Below, one piece after another: positions 1-8,154 of a stretch of DNA of 59,578 bases. Below the pieces are notes generated by a model. The model saw only the letters and a program-made list of their open reading frames with translations, was not told the origin of the DNA and did no database searches. Source of the DNA: Patescibacteria group bacterium. GTDB taxonomy: Bacteria > Patescibacteriota > Gracilibacteria > UBA1369. Each line of letters opens with the position of its first letter. The first letter of the stretch is position 1. The position numbers and the translations under genes were made by a program. The stretch spans positions 1 through 59,578 of the forward strand of contig JAHJEW010000051.1 in assembly GCA_018825335.1 (NCBI GenBank), read 5' to 3'.

Positions 1-488
1 GAATAATCGAGCACATGAAAAAAACGGGAGAATGGGGCCAATTCTTCCCCATGTCCATCTCCCCGTTCGGATACAACGAAACCATAGCAAACGAATACCA
101 TTCACTCACAAAAGATCAGGCTCTTGCCATGGGCGCAAAATGGCACGATGAAGACACAACAAATCGTTATAAAGGGCCGAAAATTGCAATTCCAGATCAC
201 ATTGCAGATATAAAAGACGAAATAACAAAACAAATACTTTATTGCGAAACCTGCGAGAAAAACTACAAAATAATCCCGAAGGAACTGGATTTTTACAAAA
301 AAATAAAAATCCCGCCACCCCGCAGCTGCCCCGACTGCCGCCATAAAGCCCGTCTCGAGCTAAAAACTCCTCGCCATCTTTACCCCCGCGCATGCGCCAA
401 ATGCGCGACGCCAATCCAAACCACTTACGCCCAGGGCCGCCCGGAAAAAGTATATTGCGAAAAATGCTATTTGAAAGAAGTATATTGA
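1..488 (+). CDS. Cys-rich double zinc-ribbon family paralog, copy 1 (C-terminal fragment, 5' end outside window)
   Basis: The frame is open back to nt 3 (IIEH precedes the listed Met). It aligns with the C-terminal ~160 aa of the ORFs at 2824, 11150, 12798, 14461 and 16151 (EWGQFFP..SPFGYNET.., CETCEKNYKIIPKELDFYKK..CPDCRHKAR) and ends in the family tail VYCEKCYLKEVY*. Confidence 0.85.
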   Translation, partial: IIEHMKKTGEWGQFFPMSISPFGYNETIANEYHSLTKDQALAMGAKWHDEDTTNRYKGPKIAIPDHIADIKDEITKQILYCETCEKNYKIIPKELDFYKKIKIPPPRSCPDCRHKARLELKTPRHLYPRACAKCATPIQTTYAQGRPEKVYCEKCYLKEVY

Positions 489-540
489 AAACCAACTTTT
501 ATACGGTAAACGGCGCCGGGGGAGAACAGAACCTTATGTT

Positions 541-762
541 TTATTGAGCCTGTTTCAAAAGGAATTTGAAGAATATTTTGAAAGCTCGAAAAATTAAAAT
601 AAACACTACGGAAGCAACAATAATCATTCCTATCCAAAGTAATAAAAGAAAAAGGAAAGACATTTTTTCAAACTCATATCCAAAGAAACCCAGTATCATC
701 TCCGTACAACCAATCCAAAGAGCTATCACCAAAAAAAGAACAAACTGAAGATCAATGAACAT
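541..762 (-). CDS. small hydrophobic protein with two predicted TM helices
   Basis: The 73-aa ORF has two long hydrophobic stretches. Its start overlaps the stop of the upstream 453-aa gene by 11 nt on the same strand. AT-rich like its neighbour. Confidence 0.4.
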   Translation of the reverse strand: MFIDLQFVLFLVIALWIGCTEMILGFFGYEFEKMSFLFLLLLWIGMIIVASVVFILIFRAFKIFFKFLLKQAQ

Positions 763-2113
763 AAATAGTTTGATTTAAGTGAATTTCAATTTCAAAGTTG
801 TGAATAATTCCCAAATCTTCACCTTTATCAAGTTCATTGATAATGCTCTGTTTAATAAATTGACCTGACAAAAATGATGGTGTGTCTTCTTTTTGAAAAT
901 CATAAATGTCAAAAAGTATGAATTTAACTTCAAATTTATTGTTCCCGCTTGATTTTGCATTGTATTCGATTTTTTTGATTCCATGGAGTGAGGTTGCTAA
1001 ATCTGGGGAATCAAAGTTTATTTGCCCTTTCATAGTTTCATCATGCTCAAAATCTTTTGGCCAAATCTCGCCTTTTAAAATTCCATTGGCGATCTTCTCC
1101 TGTAATTTTTCGAGGATTTTAATATAAGAAGGATTTTTTTTAATTAATTTTACAAGAGCGTTATTTGGGTGAAAAATAAGCGGAGATGGATTATCTTCAA
1201 TTGCGTGTCTTATAAATTGAGCTGAAAAAGGTTTATTAAAGACTTCAAAATAAGCAATAATAGTATTGACTATATTTATGATATAGCTTTTCAAGTCAAC
1301 CATTGATCTTATGCTTGCCAGAAACTCCTGATTGTCAAAAAAGAGAATATTCAGGCTGGAAATTTCCGGCTCTTCATCATACCAAAGTTCAATGGCGTTT
1401 TCAAAAGCAATAGGATTCGATATATCCTCATTCGTAATAGTAAGAATATCGAACTCTTTCAGATCTCCCGAGAAATAGAAGTTTTTGTATTTCTTTGAAG
1501 TTTGAGCTTGTTCGTTATTCCAAATTTTACCGTTTACAACCACTTTTAGGTTGTCTCCATCTGTACCCCCTTTTGTTTTAGCGCTTTTTGTATTAACTCC
1601 GAGAACGAAGCTTTTGGTATAAGATCCAAGGAAAACGAAGCTTAACCAGGGAATTCCTTTGCTTTCGCTTTTAATATTTTCTGAAGGCTTTAAATTATTG
1701 AGTTCGAAATTATTTTCTTCGATTTCAAAAACTTCAATGCTTTCTAAGGTAGGTGTATTGTCAGCAAAGAACCTCAATATATGATCACCTTTTTCTAGGG
1801 TGACGAAATAATGGATTGTTTTTATTCCCCCTCTTAGGCTTGCTCCGTTCCAGCTTGCCGATGTGCCAAAACCTTTCCATGAAATTTTTTCCTGATGATT
1901 CTCATATTTACCAAAATCAAATCCATCCAGGACCATCTTGAGATCATCGTCATCTGTAGAGTTATTTTGTTTTGCATTTTTTGCCGAAGCTTTAATTTTG
2001 ATTGCATAAAGCCCTTTTCTTGACACCTGAAATTTAGTCTCCGCAGAATTCCATTCGTATATGTTACCGCCTGGAGCTTTTAATTGAAGATTTTTTTGAA
2101 AGATGTTTTTCAT
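752..2113 (-). CDS. hypothetical protein with two similar N-terminal segments (possible beta-sandwich repeats) and a C-terminal domain
   Basis: Uninterrupted 453-aa ORF in an AT-rich segment. There is an internal repeat by eye (DDDDLKMVLDGFDFG..ESIEVFEI versus TDGDNLKVVVNGKIW..ISSLNILF). No signal peptide and no motif I recognise. Confidence 0.7.
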   Translation of the reverse strand: MKNIFQKNLQLKAPGGNIYEWNSAETKFQVSRKGLYAIKIKASAKNAKQNNSTDDDDLKMVLDGFDFGKYENHQEKISWKGFGTSASWNGASLRGGIKTIHYFVTLEKGDHILRFFADNTPTLESIEVFEIEENNFELNNLKPSENIKSESKGIPWLSFVFLGSYTKSFVLGVNTKSAKTKGGTDGDNLKVVVNGKIWNNEQAQTSKKYKNFYFSGDLKEFDILTITNEDISNPIAFENAIELWYDEEPEISSLNILFFDNQEFLASIRSMVDLKSYIINIVNTIIAYFEVFNKPFSAQFIRHAIEDNPSPLIFHPNNALVKLIKKNPSYIKILEKLQEKIANGILKGEIWPKDFEHDETMKGQINFDSPDLATSLHGIKKIEYNAKSSGNNKFEVKFILFDIYDFQKEDTPSFLSGQFIKQSIINELDKGEDLGIIHNFEIEIHLNQTIYVH

Positions 2114-2205
2114 ATTGTAATTTTACTTTTTATCCTGTTTGCCACAAGAGATGGTGATACTTCCATGCAAAAAATGCGGTGAAAATTATAAAATCATCAA
2201 ATAAA

Positions 2206-2454
2206 TCACCTATTCTTCAATTTCTTGTACACACTGCCGCGAAATTCAATAAAGATCGGTTCACCCGCCGTCGTCGATTTCCTGAAAATAACCCGGATTT
2301 TCCCAACTCTAATCCTGAACAAATCTTCAAAACCTTTCACCTTTTTGCAGTCATAGCCGGCTAACTTCATCGCAACAATATCCTGCAAAACCGGTGCCAG
2401 TTTTAGGGCCAGACTCTTTTCCAGTCTGCCAATGAACTTTTCAATCTGATCCAT
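2206..2454 (-). CDS. RelE/ParE-family type II toxin (start refined to internal Met)
   Basis: The 82-aa product from MDQIEKF contains the ..FRIRVGKIRVIFRK.. signature typical of RelE/ParE toxins. It overlaps the upstream antitoxin-like ORF by 14 nt. ATG confirmed as cat at 2452-2454 on the plus strand. Confidence 0.55.
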   Translation of the reverse strand: MDQIEKFIGRLEKSLALKLAPVLQDIVAMKLAGYDCKKVKGFEDLFRIRVGKIRVIFRKSTTAGEPIFIEFRGSVYKKLKNR

Positions 2455-2686
2455 GAATTTTCTTGATTGATTGCAAAATCTTGTCCACGGGAAGACCATT
2501 TTCACAGTAAATCCCAAAGTCGTCCTTATTCTCAAAATAAGCCGTTTCACTTTTTTCAAGCGGCTGAATCAGCAGCCCTTCGGGAGTTTCCTTCGCGATA
2601 TAATTCTTGGTTTTATATTTCTCCCGCCACGATTTTGGCAAAGTTACCTGTCCCGTATTAAATAGTTTCAAAGTAAAAACATTCAT
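2441..2686 (-). CDS. AbrB/SpoVT-fold antitoxin-like DNA-binding protein (start refined to internal Met)
   Basis: MNVFTLKLFNTGQVTLPKSWREKY matches the looped-hinge-helix G-x-V-T-(L/I)-P motif of AbrB/MazE/SpoVT domains. It sits immediately upstream of and overlaps the RelE-like ORF. Confidence 0.55.
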   Translation of the reverse strand: MNVFTLKLFNTGQVTLPKSWREKYKTKNYIAKETPEGLLIQPLEKSETAYFENKDDFGIYCENGLPVDKILQSIKKIHGSD

Positions 2687-2823
2687 TATATTAAAATTAG
2701 ATAAATTAACTAAATTCATAAAAATAATATCATTCCCCTTTAGGAAAGTCAATAATGTTACCAAGAACCTTGATGGACATATTAACCAAATTTCATTAAA
2801 TTTCTATTAACTAATTCTAAGAA

Positions 2824-4497
2824 ATGCATAAATCCTGCGGCCAGTGTAAGCAATCATTCGAAATTGCCAACGAAGACCTAAAGTTTTACGACAAAGTTTC
2901 CCCAATTTATAATGACAAAAAATATCTCCTCCCCCCGCCAACACTATGCCCGGACTGCAGACAAAGACGGCGACTGGTATGGCGCGGTGAAAGAAAATTA
3001 TATAGCCGAAAATGTGACCTTTGCGGCAAAAACATAATTTCAATCTTCGCAACAAACAGAGGGTATACAGTTTACTGCCCGCCCTGCTATTGGAGCGACA
3101 AATGGAATCCCGCGGATTTCGGAAGATCTTACGATCCTTCCAGGACATTTTTCGAGCAATACGATGATCTCCTAAAATCGGTTCCACTCCAATCTTCCTA
3201 TTTAATTGAAGCAGTTAATAGTGAATTCAACAATAACGCGTCCTATTTAAAGAACTGCTACCTTATGAGTTCTTCAAATTCAAATGAAGACTGCTATTAT
3301 GGCTATTTTGTGAACGATTCAAGGGACTGCATGGACTGCACTTCCGTGAATAAATCCGAAAAATGTTATGAAAGTATTGAATGCGTTTCCTGCTACGATT
3401 GCAGATACTGCAAAAATTGCGTCAACTGCACGGAAAGTTATTTCCTGACGAACTGTATTTCCTGCAATAATTGTTTTGGATCAATAAATTTGCGTCACAA
3501 AAAGTACTGTTTTTTTAATGAGCAACTCACTAAAAATGAATATGAAAAGAAAATCAGTACATTTCTTAGTGGAGACAGAACGAAAGTGGAAGAAATGCTC
3601 CAGAAAGTTCGTGAGCATAATCTAAAATATCCTTTTCCGTACATGATCGGTGAAAACAATGAAAACGTCAGCGGAAATTCCATTTACAGGTCAAAAAACA
3701 GCAACACCTGTTTCGACTGCGATGACATTGAAGATTGTAAATATTGCTATCAACTAATGAATGCAAAAGATTGCTACGATATTATGTCATGGGGACGAAC
3801 CGGAGAGTTATTTTATGAATGCGTTGCAACCGGCGCAAATGGCTACAATAACAGCTTTACAGCAATAAACGTCGCAGGAATAAATAACTTATATTCATAC
3901 ATGTGTATGCATTCCAAGAACCTTTTTGGATGCGTATCGGTCAAAAAATCCCAGTACATGATTCTAAATAAAAAATATTCACCCGCCGAATTTGAAACAC
4001 TTGCCGCAACCATTATAGAAAACATGATCCGGACAAAAGAATGGGGAGAATTTTTCCCGGAAGCACTTTCTCCCTTCACTTATAACGAGTCTCTGGCCGA
4101 CGATTTCTTTCCTTTAACAAAGGATCAGGCAGAAGCAATCGGTGCCAAATGGTACGACGAAACCAATAAAGCATCCGAACAAAATTCAAAAAAAATTATT
4201 CCGGTCGCAATTCAGACAGTTACGGAAGATATACTAAAAACTATCCTAACCTGCCAATCCTGCCAAAAAAACTACAAAATAATCCCGCAGGAACTGGATT
4301 TCTACAAAAAAAACACCGTCCCCCTCCCCATTAATTGCGTGGACTGCCGCCATAAAGCCCGCCTGGCCCTGCGCAACCCGCGCCACCTATTCAACCGCGC
4401 CTGCGCCAAATGCGCGGCGCAAATCCAGACCACCTACGCCCCCGACCGCCCCGAAACCGTCTACTGCGAACAGTGCTACCTAAAGGAAGTCTACTAA
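2824..4497 (+). CDS. Cys-rich double zinc-ribbon family paralog, copy 2 (full Cys complement in both terminal modules)
   Basis: 557-aa ORF with an ATG start. N-terminal module: CGQCKQSF..FY..LCPDCRQRRR..RKCDLCGK..VYCPPCYWSDKW. Two CxxC-repeat blocks, then EWGEFFP. C-terminal module: CQSCQKNYKIIPQELDFYKK..CVDCRHKAR..CAKCAAQIQT..VYCEQCYLKEVY*. Confidence 0.9.
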   Translation: MHKSCGQCKQSFEIANEDLKFYDKVSPIYNDKKYLLPPPTLCPDCRQRRRLVWRGERKLYSRKCDLCGKNIISIFATNRGYTVYCPPCYWSDKWNPADFGRSYDPSRTFFEQYDDLLKSVPLQSSYLIEAVNSEFNNNASYLKNCYLMSSSNSNEDCYYGYFVNDSRDCMDCTSVNKSEKCYESIECVSCYDCRYCKNCVNCTESYFLTNCISCNNCFGSINLRHKKYCFFNEQLTKNEYEKKISTFLSGDRTKVEEMLQKVREHNLKYPFPYMIGENNENVSGNSIYRSKNSNTCFDCDDIEDCKYCYQLMNAKDCYDIMSWGRTGELFYECVATGANGYNNSFTAINVAGINNLYSYMCMHSKNLFGCVSVKKSQYMILNKKYSPAEFETLAATIIENMIRTKEWGEFFPEALSPFTYNESLADDFFPLTKDQAEAIGAKWYDETNKASEQNSKKIIPVAIQTVTEDILKTILTCQSCQKNYKIIPQELDFYKKNTVPLPINCVDCRHKARLALRNPRHLFNRACAKCAAQIQTTYAPDRPETVYCEQCYLKEVY

Positions 4498-4515
4498 CCG
4501 ACAAGCGTTGTTGAC
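4498..4515. repeat. boundary hairpin motif, copy 1 (CCGACAAGCGTTGTTGAC)
   Basis: Starts 1 nt after the TAA of paralog copy 2. The stem is CGACAA/TTGTTG with a GCG loop. Confidence 0.7.
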
Positions 4516-4853
4516 TAAACAACAAAGAAAATCTGTTCGCGCACCTGCGCCATTGTGTCTTTATCAAGGGCGGAAACAAACTTCTTTAGCCTTTTTTTAT
4601 CTATCGTCCTAAGCTGAAACAAAAGCGCAACACTATCGAACGGAAGAAGAGACTCTTTTTTTGAAATAAAACAGGTAGTCAGATGACCCATCGCCTTTAG
4701 ATTTTTTGTAAGCGGAGCAACCACCACTGTACTCAGATGCCTGTTTAGCATATTTTTTTGTAGAATAAGAACGGGCCTATAGCCACCCTGCTCATGCCCC
4801 ATTATCGGGTTAAGATCGGCAAAATAAATATGTCCCTGTTGAATTTCAGTCAT
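4515..4853 (-). CDS. mazF: MazF/PemK-family endoribonuclease toxin (start refined to internal Met)
   Basis: MTEIQQGHIYFADLNPIMGHEQGGYRPVLILQ matches the PemK/MazF N-terminal signature. It overlaps the upstream RHH ORF by 8 nt. ATG confirmed as cat at 4851-4853. Confidence 0.7.
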   Translation of the reverse strand: MTEIQQGHIYFADLNPIMGHEQGGYRPVLILQKNMLNRHLSTVVVAPLTKNLKAMGHLTTCFISKKESLLPFDSVALLFQLRTIDKKRLKKFVSALDKDTMAQVREQIFFVV

Positions 4854-5088
4854 TGGAGTTTGTTTCAGATTGGATGGAAAGCCAGTCGTCTTCCGAAGGC
4901 AGGTCATCGAATTGCATTGCTGCAAGCTCCATTACTTCTTCTTCAAGTTGATGTTGCAGATAATCTTTCAAAGCATTTTCCACCAGAGCGCTCTTGCTTT
5001 TGCCCGTTTTCTTACTGATTTTTTCAAGCAAAATATTCACAGTGGGAATAATTGTAATTGAAATTCTGGTTTTGATATTTTTTGCCAT
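4846..5088 (-). CDS. ribbon-helix-helix (CopG-like) antitoxin paired with MazF
   Basis: 80 aa. The N-terminal TRISITIIPTVNILLEKISKKTGKSKSALVENALKDYL segment fits a beta-strand plus two-helix RHH pattern, followed by an acidic C-terminal tail. It is in the canonical position upstream of the toxin. Confidence 0.6.
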   Translation of the reverse strand: MAKNIKTRISITIIPTVNILLEKISKKTGKSKSALVENALKDYLQHQLEEEVMELAAMQFDDLPSEDDWLSIQSETNSND

Positions 5089-5199
5089 AGTATTACAATA
5101 AAGTATTACTAAATAATCATACTATGGATTACTCAACATATCAAGCACGTTTACAATCTACATTGTAATTATTAAGCGATAATAAATTTTTTCTAAATT

Positions 5200-6483
5200 C
5201 TACTCATTCATCCTTTTAGCAATACTATCCCCCGCAAGTTTCCCGCAGGCCCAAGAAGCCTGCAGATTAAAGCCGCCGGTAAAGCCGTCTATGTCCAGAA
5301 TCTCGCCGGCAAAAAATAGTCCCGGGCACAGTTTTGATTCCATTGAATGAGAGTGAACTTCGCTTAGATCAACGCCGCCCGCGGTAACAAACTCACTGCC
5401 TGCACCTCTGCCAACAATCTGAATCTTGAAATGCTGCAGCATATCAACAATCTTTTTCCGCTGCTCTTTGCTGATTCCCGCCGCCTGTAAGTCCGGATTA
5501 AACTTCAAAATCCCAACAAAAACATCACAAAAAGATTTCGGTAACAATAAGTCCAACAAATTCACCAGACGTTTTTTGCCATGTCCTGCCCCCAGCTTTT
5601 GAAAACGTTTTTCCAAATCTTCCGCGGTCTCATCCGGGAAAAAATTAATCGTCAGAACCATGGGCTTTTCTTTTCCAAACGATTCATAAGCCGCCATTGC
5701 CGAAACAGCAAAAACCGCCGGCCCCGAAACCCCGCCATGCGTAATAACCATCGCCCCCGTGCGCTCAAAAAAACGCTTCCCGTCAAACGAAGCAAGCGTC
5801 AGGCCGGCTTTTGCAAAAGAAACCCCGGCAACGGAGGCAAGCCATTTATCAAATACAATAAGAGAACTCAAAGAAGGCGCAAGTTTGGTAATGGTGTGCC
5901 CAAGACTTTTCGCAAAAGCATAACCGTCTCCGGTAGACCCGGTGTGCCTGTATGCGTTTCCGCCTGTGGTAATAACAACAAAATCAGCCTCATATTTTTT
6001 CACGTCGCCGTCAGAGACACCACAATCCGCCGCCTTTGCTTCAATCAAAAAAACGCCATTCTCTTTTCGCACGGATTTAACATCCGCCCCAAACAAAATC
6101 CGTATGCCCTTCGCGCGCAAATCCTTTTCCAGGGCGCAGACCACATCTTTGCCATTATTCGAAACCGGAAAAGCCCTCAAATCTTCCTCTATCTTCATGC
6201 GCACACCGTGATCCTCGAACCACTCAATAACCTTATCCGGCGGAAACCTGAACATCGCCGACATCAAAAACTTTGCGCCGCGCGGATAATTCTCCAGCAA
6301 CCTATCAACATCAAAAATCCCCGACGTAACATTGCAGCGCCCCCCACCCGAAATAATCACTTTCGCCCCAAGATAAGCATTTTTCTCAAAAAGCGTCACC
6401 TCGCAGCCGGGCTCACCGACCGCCGCGGCGCTTGCAGCCATCATTCCCGCAGCGCCTCCTCCAATAATCGCAACCCTTTTCAT
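5200..6483 (-). CDS. HI0933/BaiN-like FAD-dependent flavoprotein (NAD(P)/FAD oxidoreductase)
   Basis: 427 aa. N-terminal Rossmann motif VAIIGGGAAGMMAA, then GGGRCNVT and a C-terminal GEILDIDGFTGGFNLQ motif typical of the HI0933 family. Confidence 0.8.
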   Translation of the reverse strand: MKRVAIIGGGAAGMMAASAAAVGEPGCEVTLFEKNAYLGAKVIISGGGRCNVTSGIFDVDRLLENYPRGAKFLMSAMFRFPPDKVIEWFEDHGVRMKIEEDLRAFPVSNNGKDVVCALEKDLRAKGIRILFGADVKSVRKENGVFLIEAKAADCGVSDGDVKKYEADFVVITTGGNAYRHTGSTGDGYAFAKSLGHTITKLAPSLSSLIVFDKWLASVAGVSFAKAGLTLASFDGKRFFERTGAMVITHGGVSGPAVFAVSAMAAYESFGKEKPMVLTINFFPDETAEDLEKRFQKLGAGHGKKRLVNLLDLLLPKSFCDVFVGILKFNPDLQAAGISKEQRKKIVDMLQHFKIQIVGRGAGSEFVTAGGVDLSEVHSHSMESKLCPGLFFAGEILDIDGFTGGFNLQASWACGKLAGDSIAKRMNE

Positions 6484-6492
6484 AAAAGAAAA

Positions 6493-8103
6493 TTAAACCA
6501 GTGATTTTTCGTATTCAGATTCCGTCACAATATTTTTCTTTTCCGGATGCTCAAAAAAAACAGAGACCTTTTCATCACCCACCAAAATCTCTTTGGGAGT
6601 AAAACTTGTATCCATTATTTCCATGCGCTGTTTGTATCTAAGAACCGGACTGACCCTTGGTAACGCAATAAAGTGCTTTTTATAATAATCCAGTTCCTGG
6701 CTTAAATACTTAAACTTCTTCCCTGAAATAATGCAGCTTTGTACCGATCCGGACTGTTCGCCATTCGTAGCCCCAGCACCGACCTCACACTCCCTTCCAA
6801 AATAATCCGACTCCTTATCATCAAAAAGATCAAAAGCAATCGTGTCTTCATACGGAAACGGACTTAAAGACATTGGGAAAAACTTTCCATATTCACCTCT
6901 TTTACGCATTAAATCACGCAAAACAGCGGTCCGTTCAATATATTCCTCCTTGGAATATGGCTTGTTAAAAATATGATACTGCTTATTTTTCAGCCCGATG
7001 CACCCAAAACAATTACTACTGTTCAGACATAAATAACAATATTCCATGAATGAACTATGCCACACAAAAGCGCAATTCTTCACTTCATAAGAAGCAATGC
7101 CCGTTGCCACGCACTGAAAACAATTTTCCACTCTATCGTTGCACATAAAAGAACCAACCATGTCTTTCGCCATGGCGCACTGAAAATTATTATATGCATC
7201 TTTCATGTCAAAACTTTCGAAACACCGCAGAGTACTGGCCGAATTACGCAGATAATTGCCGCTGGCGTTTTCACAATTATCCATTATTGCGTACGACATG
7301 GGAGCGCGAGCCACAATCTTTTCCCGGAACTCTTTCTTCATCTCTAAAACTTTTGAATAATCGCGAAAATCAATGTCCAGCATAAATTTCCCATACTGCT
7401 CCTTGGTCAGTTGCTCATTATTTACGCAATATTGCTTATTCCGCAGGTTTGAGCACATAAAAGAGTTCTGAACATTCCGGCAATTATACGAAAAAGCCGA
7501 ATCCGAAACCTGCCTGCAATTAAAGGAAAAACGGACATTATAGCAATTGAATAAATAGACGCTGTCATAAATCAGCTCGGAGTCCATAATCCAGTAAACG
7601 TCAACGCAATCACGGGAATTATATATCCTGGTCGAGTAATAAACGTCCCGACAATTAAGCGCGTCAAAAACAAGATAGCAGTTCTTCAAGCCTTCGCAGT
7701 CATGGCAATATTCCGCATTTTCCTGAAGATTGGAAAGCAGGGACACCACCGGCGCCCTCTTTTGAAGTTCCTTGAATTGCTCGAAAAACGGCTTGTTAAA
7801 ATCAATTTCAAGGAAAGGTGAGGACCAGTCGTCGCTGTACCATTCATCATGACTAAAAACTGGACAAAGAGCATTTTCGCTATAAACGGAAACGATTTTC
7901 TTTCCACTCTTGCTTGAAGTCCGTTCGTAAAGACGTTTGTTGGGATACCATGCCATAACCTGTCTCATACTTTCATTGGGGTCGATTTTGGCAAGATCAA
8001 CGCCAAATTTATCAGATAAATAAGCGAGTAAATTTTGCATACACCAAGTATACCCAATAATGGGCACACCCGTAGTAGAGCGGGCACCCAAAACACTGGA
8101 CAA
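6493..8103 (-). CDS. Cys-rich family paralog, copy 3 (divergent; both terminal zinc-ribbon modules have lost their Cys ligands)
   Basis: It retains EWYSDDW, IDFNKPFFEQFKELQKRAPV, the central CxxC-type repeats, GLKNKQYHIFNKPYSKEEY and GEYGKFFP..SPFPYE, but the ends lack CxxC pairs. An alternative start is the Met at 8040 (MQNLLAYL). Confidence 0.8.
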   Translation of the reverse strand: MSSVLGARSTTGVPIIGYTWCMQNLLAYLSDKFGVDLAKIDPNESMRQVMAWYPNKRLYERTSSKSGKKIVSVYSENALCPVFSHDEWYSDDWSSPFLEIDFNKPFFEQFKELQKRAPVVSLLSNLQENAEYCHDCEGLKNCYLVFDALNCRDVYYSTRIYNSRDCVDVYWIMDSELIYDSVYLFNCYNVRFSFNCRQVSDSAFSYNCRNVQNSFMCSNLRNKQYCVNNEQLTKEQYGKFMLDIDFRDYSKVLEMKKEFREKIVARAPMSYAIMDNCENASGNYLRNSASTLRCFESFDMKDAYNNFQCAMAKDMVGSFMCNDRVENCFQCVATGIASYEVKNCAFVWHSSFMEYCYLCLNSSNCFGCIGLKNKQYHIFNKPYSKEEYIERTAVLRDLMRKRGEYGKFFPMSLSPFPYEDTIAFDLFDDKESDYFGRECEVGAGATNGEQSGSVQSCIISGKKFKYLSQELDYYKKHFIALPRVSPVLRYKQRMEIMDTSFTPKEILVGDEKVSVFFEHPEKKNIVTESEYEKSLV

Positions 8104-8154
8104 ATAAAGAAAAAAGTGTTATAAATACACCCAATATTGCCATATAAAGATTGG

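Noticed and set aside
5581-6504. 307-aa plus-strand ORF, the longest of the unexplained track ORFs
   Set aside because: It lies entirely antisense to the well-supported HI0933-like flavoprotein gene. Its translation is Arg/Pro/Asn/Lys-rich low complexity with no motifs. This is a typical shadow ORF.
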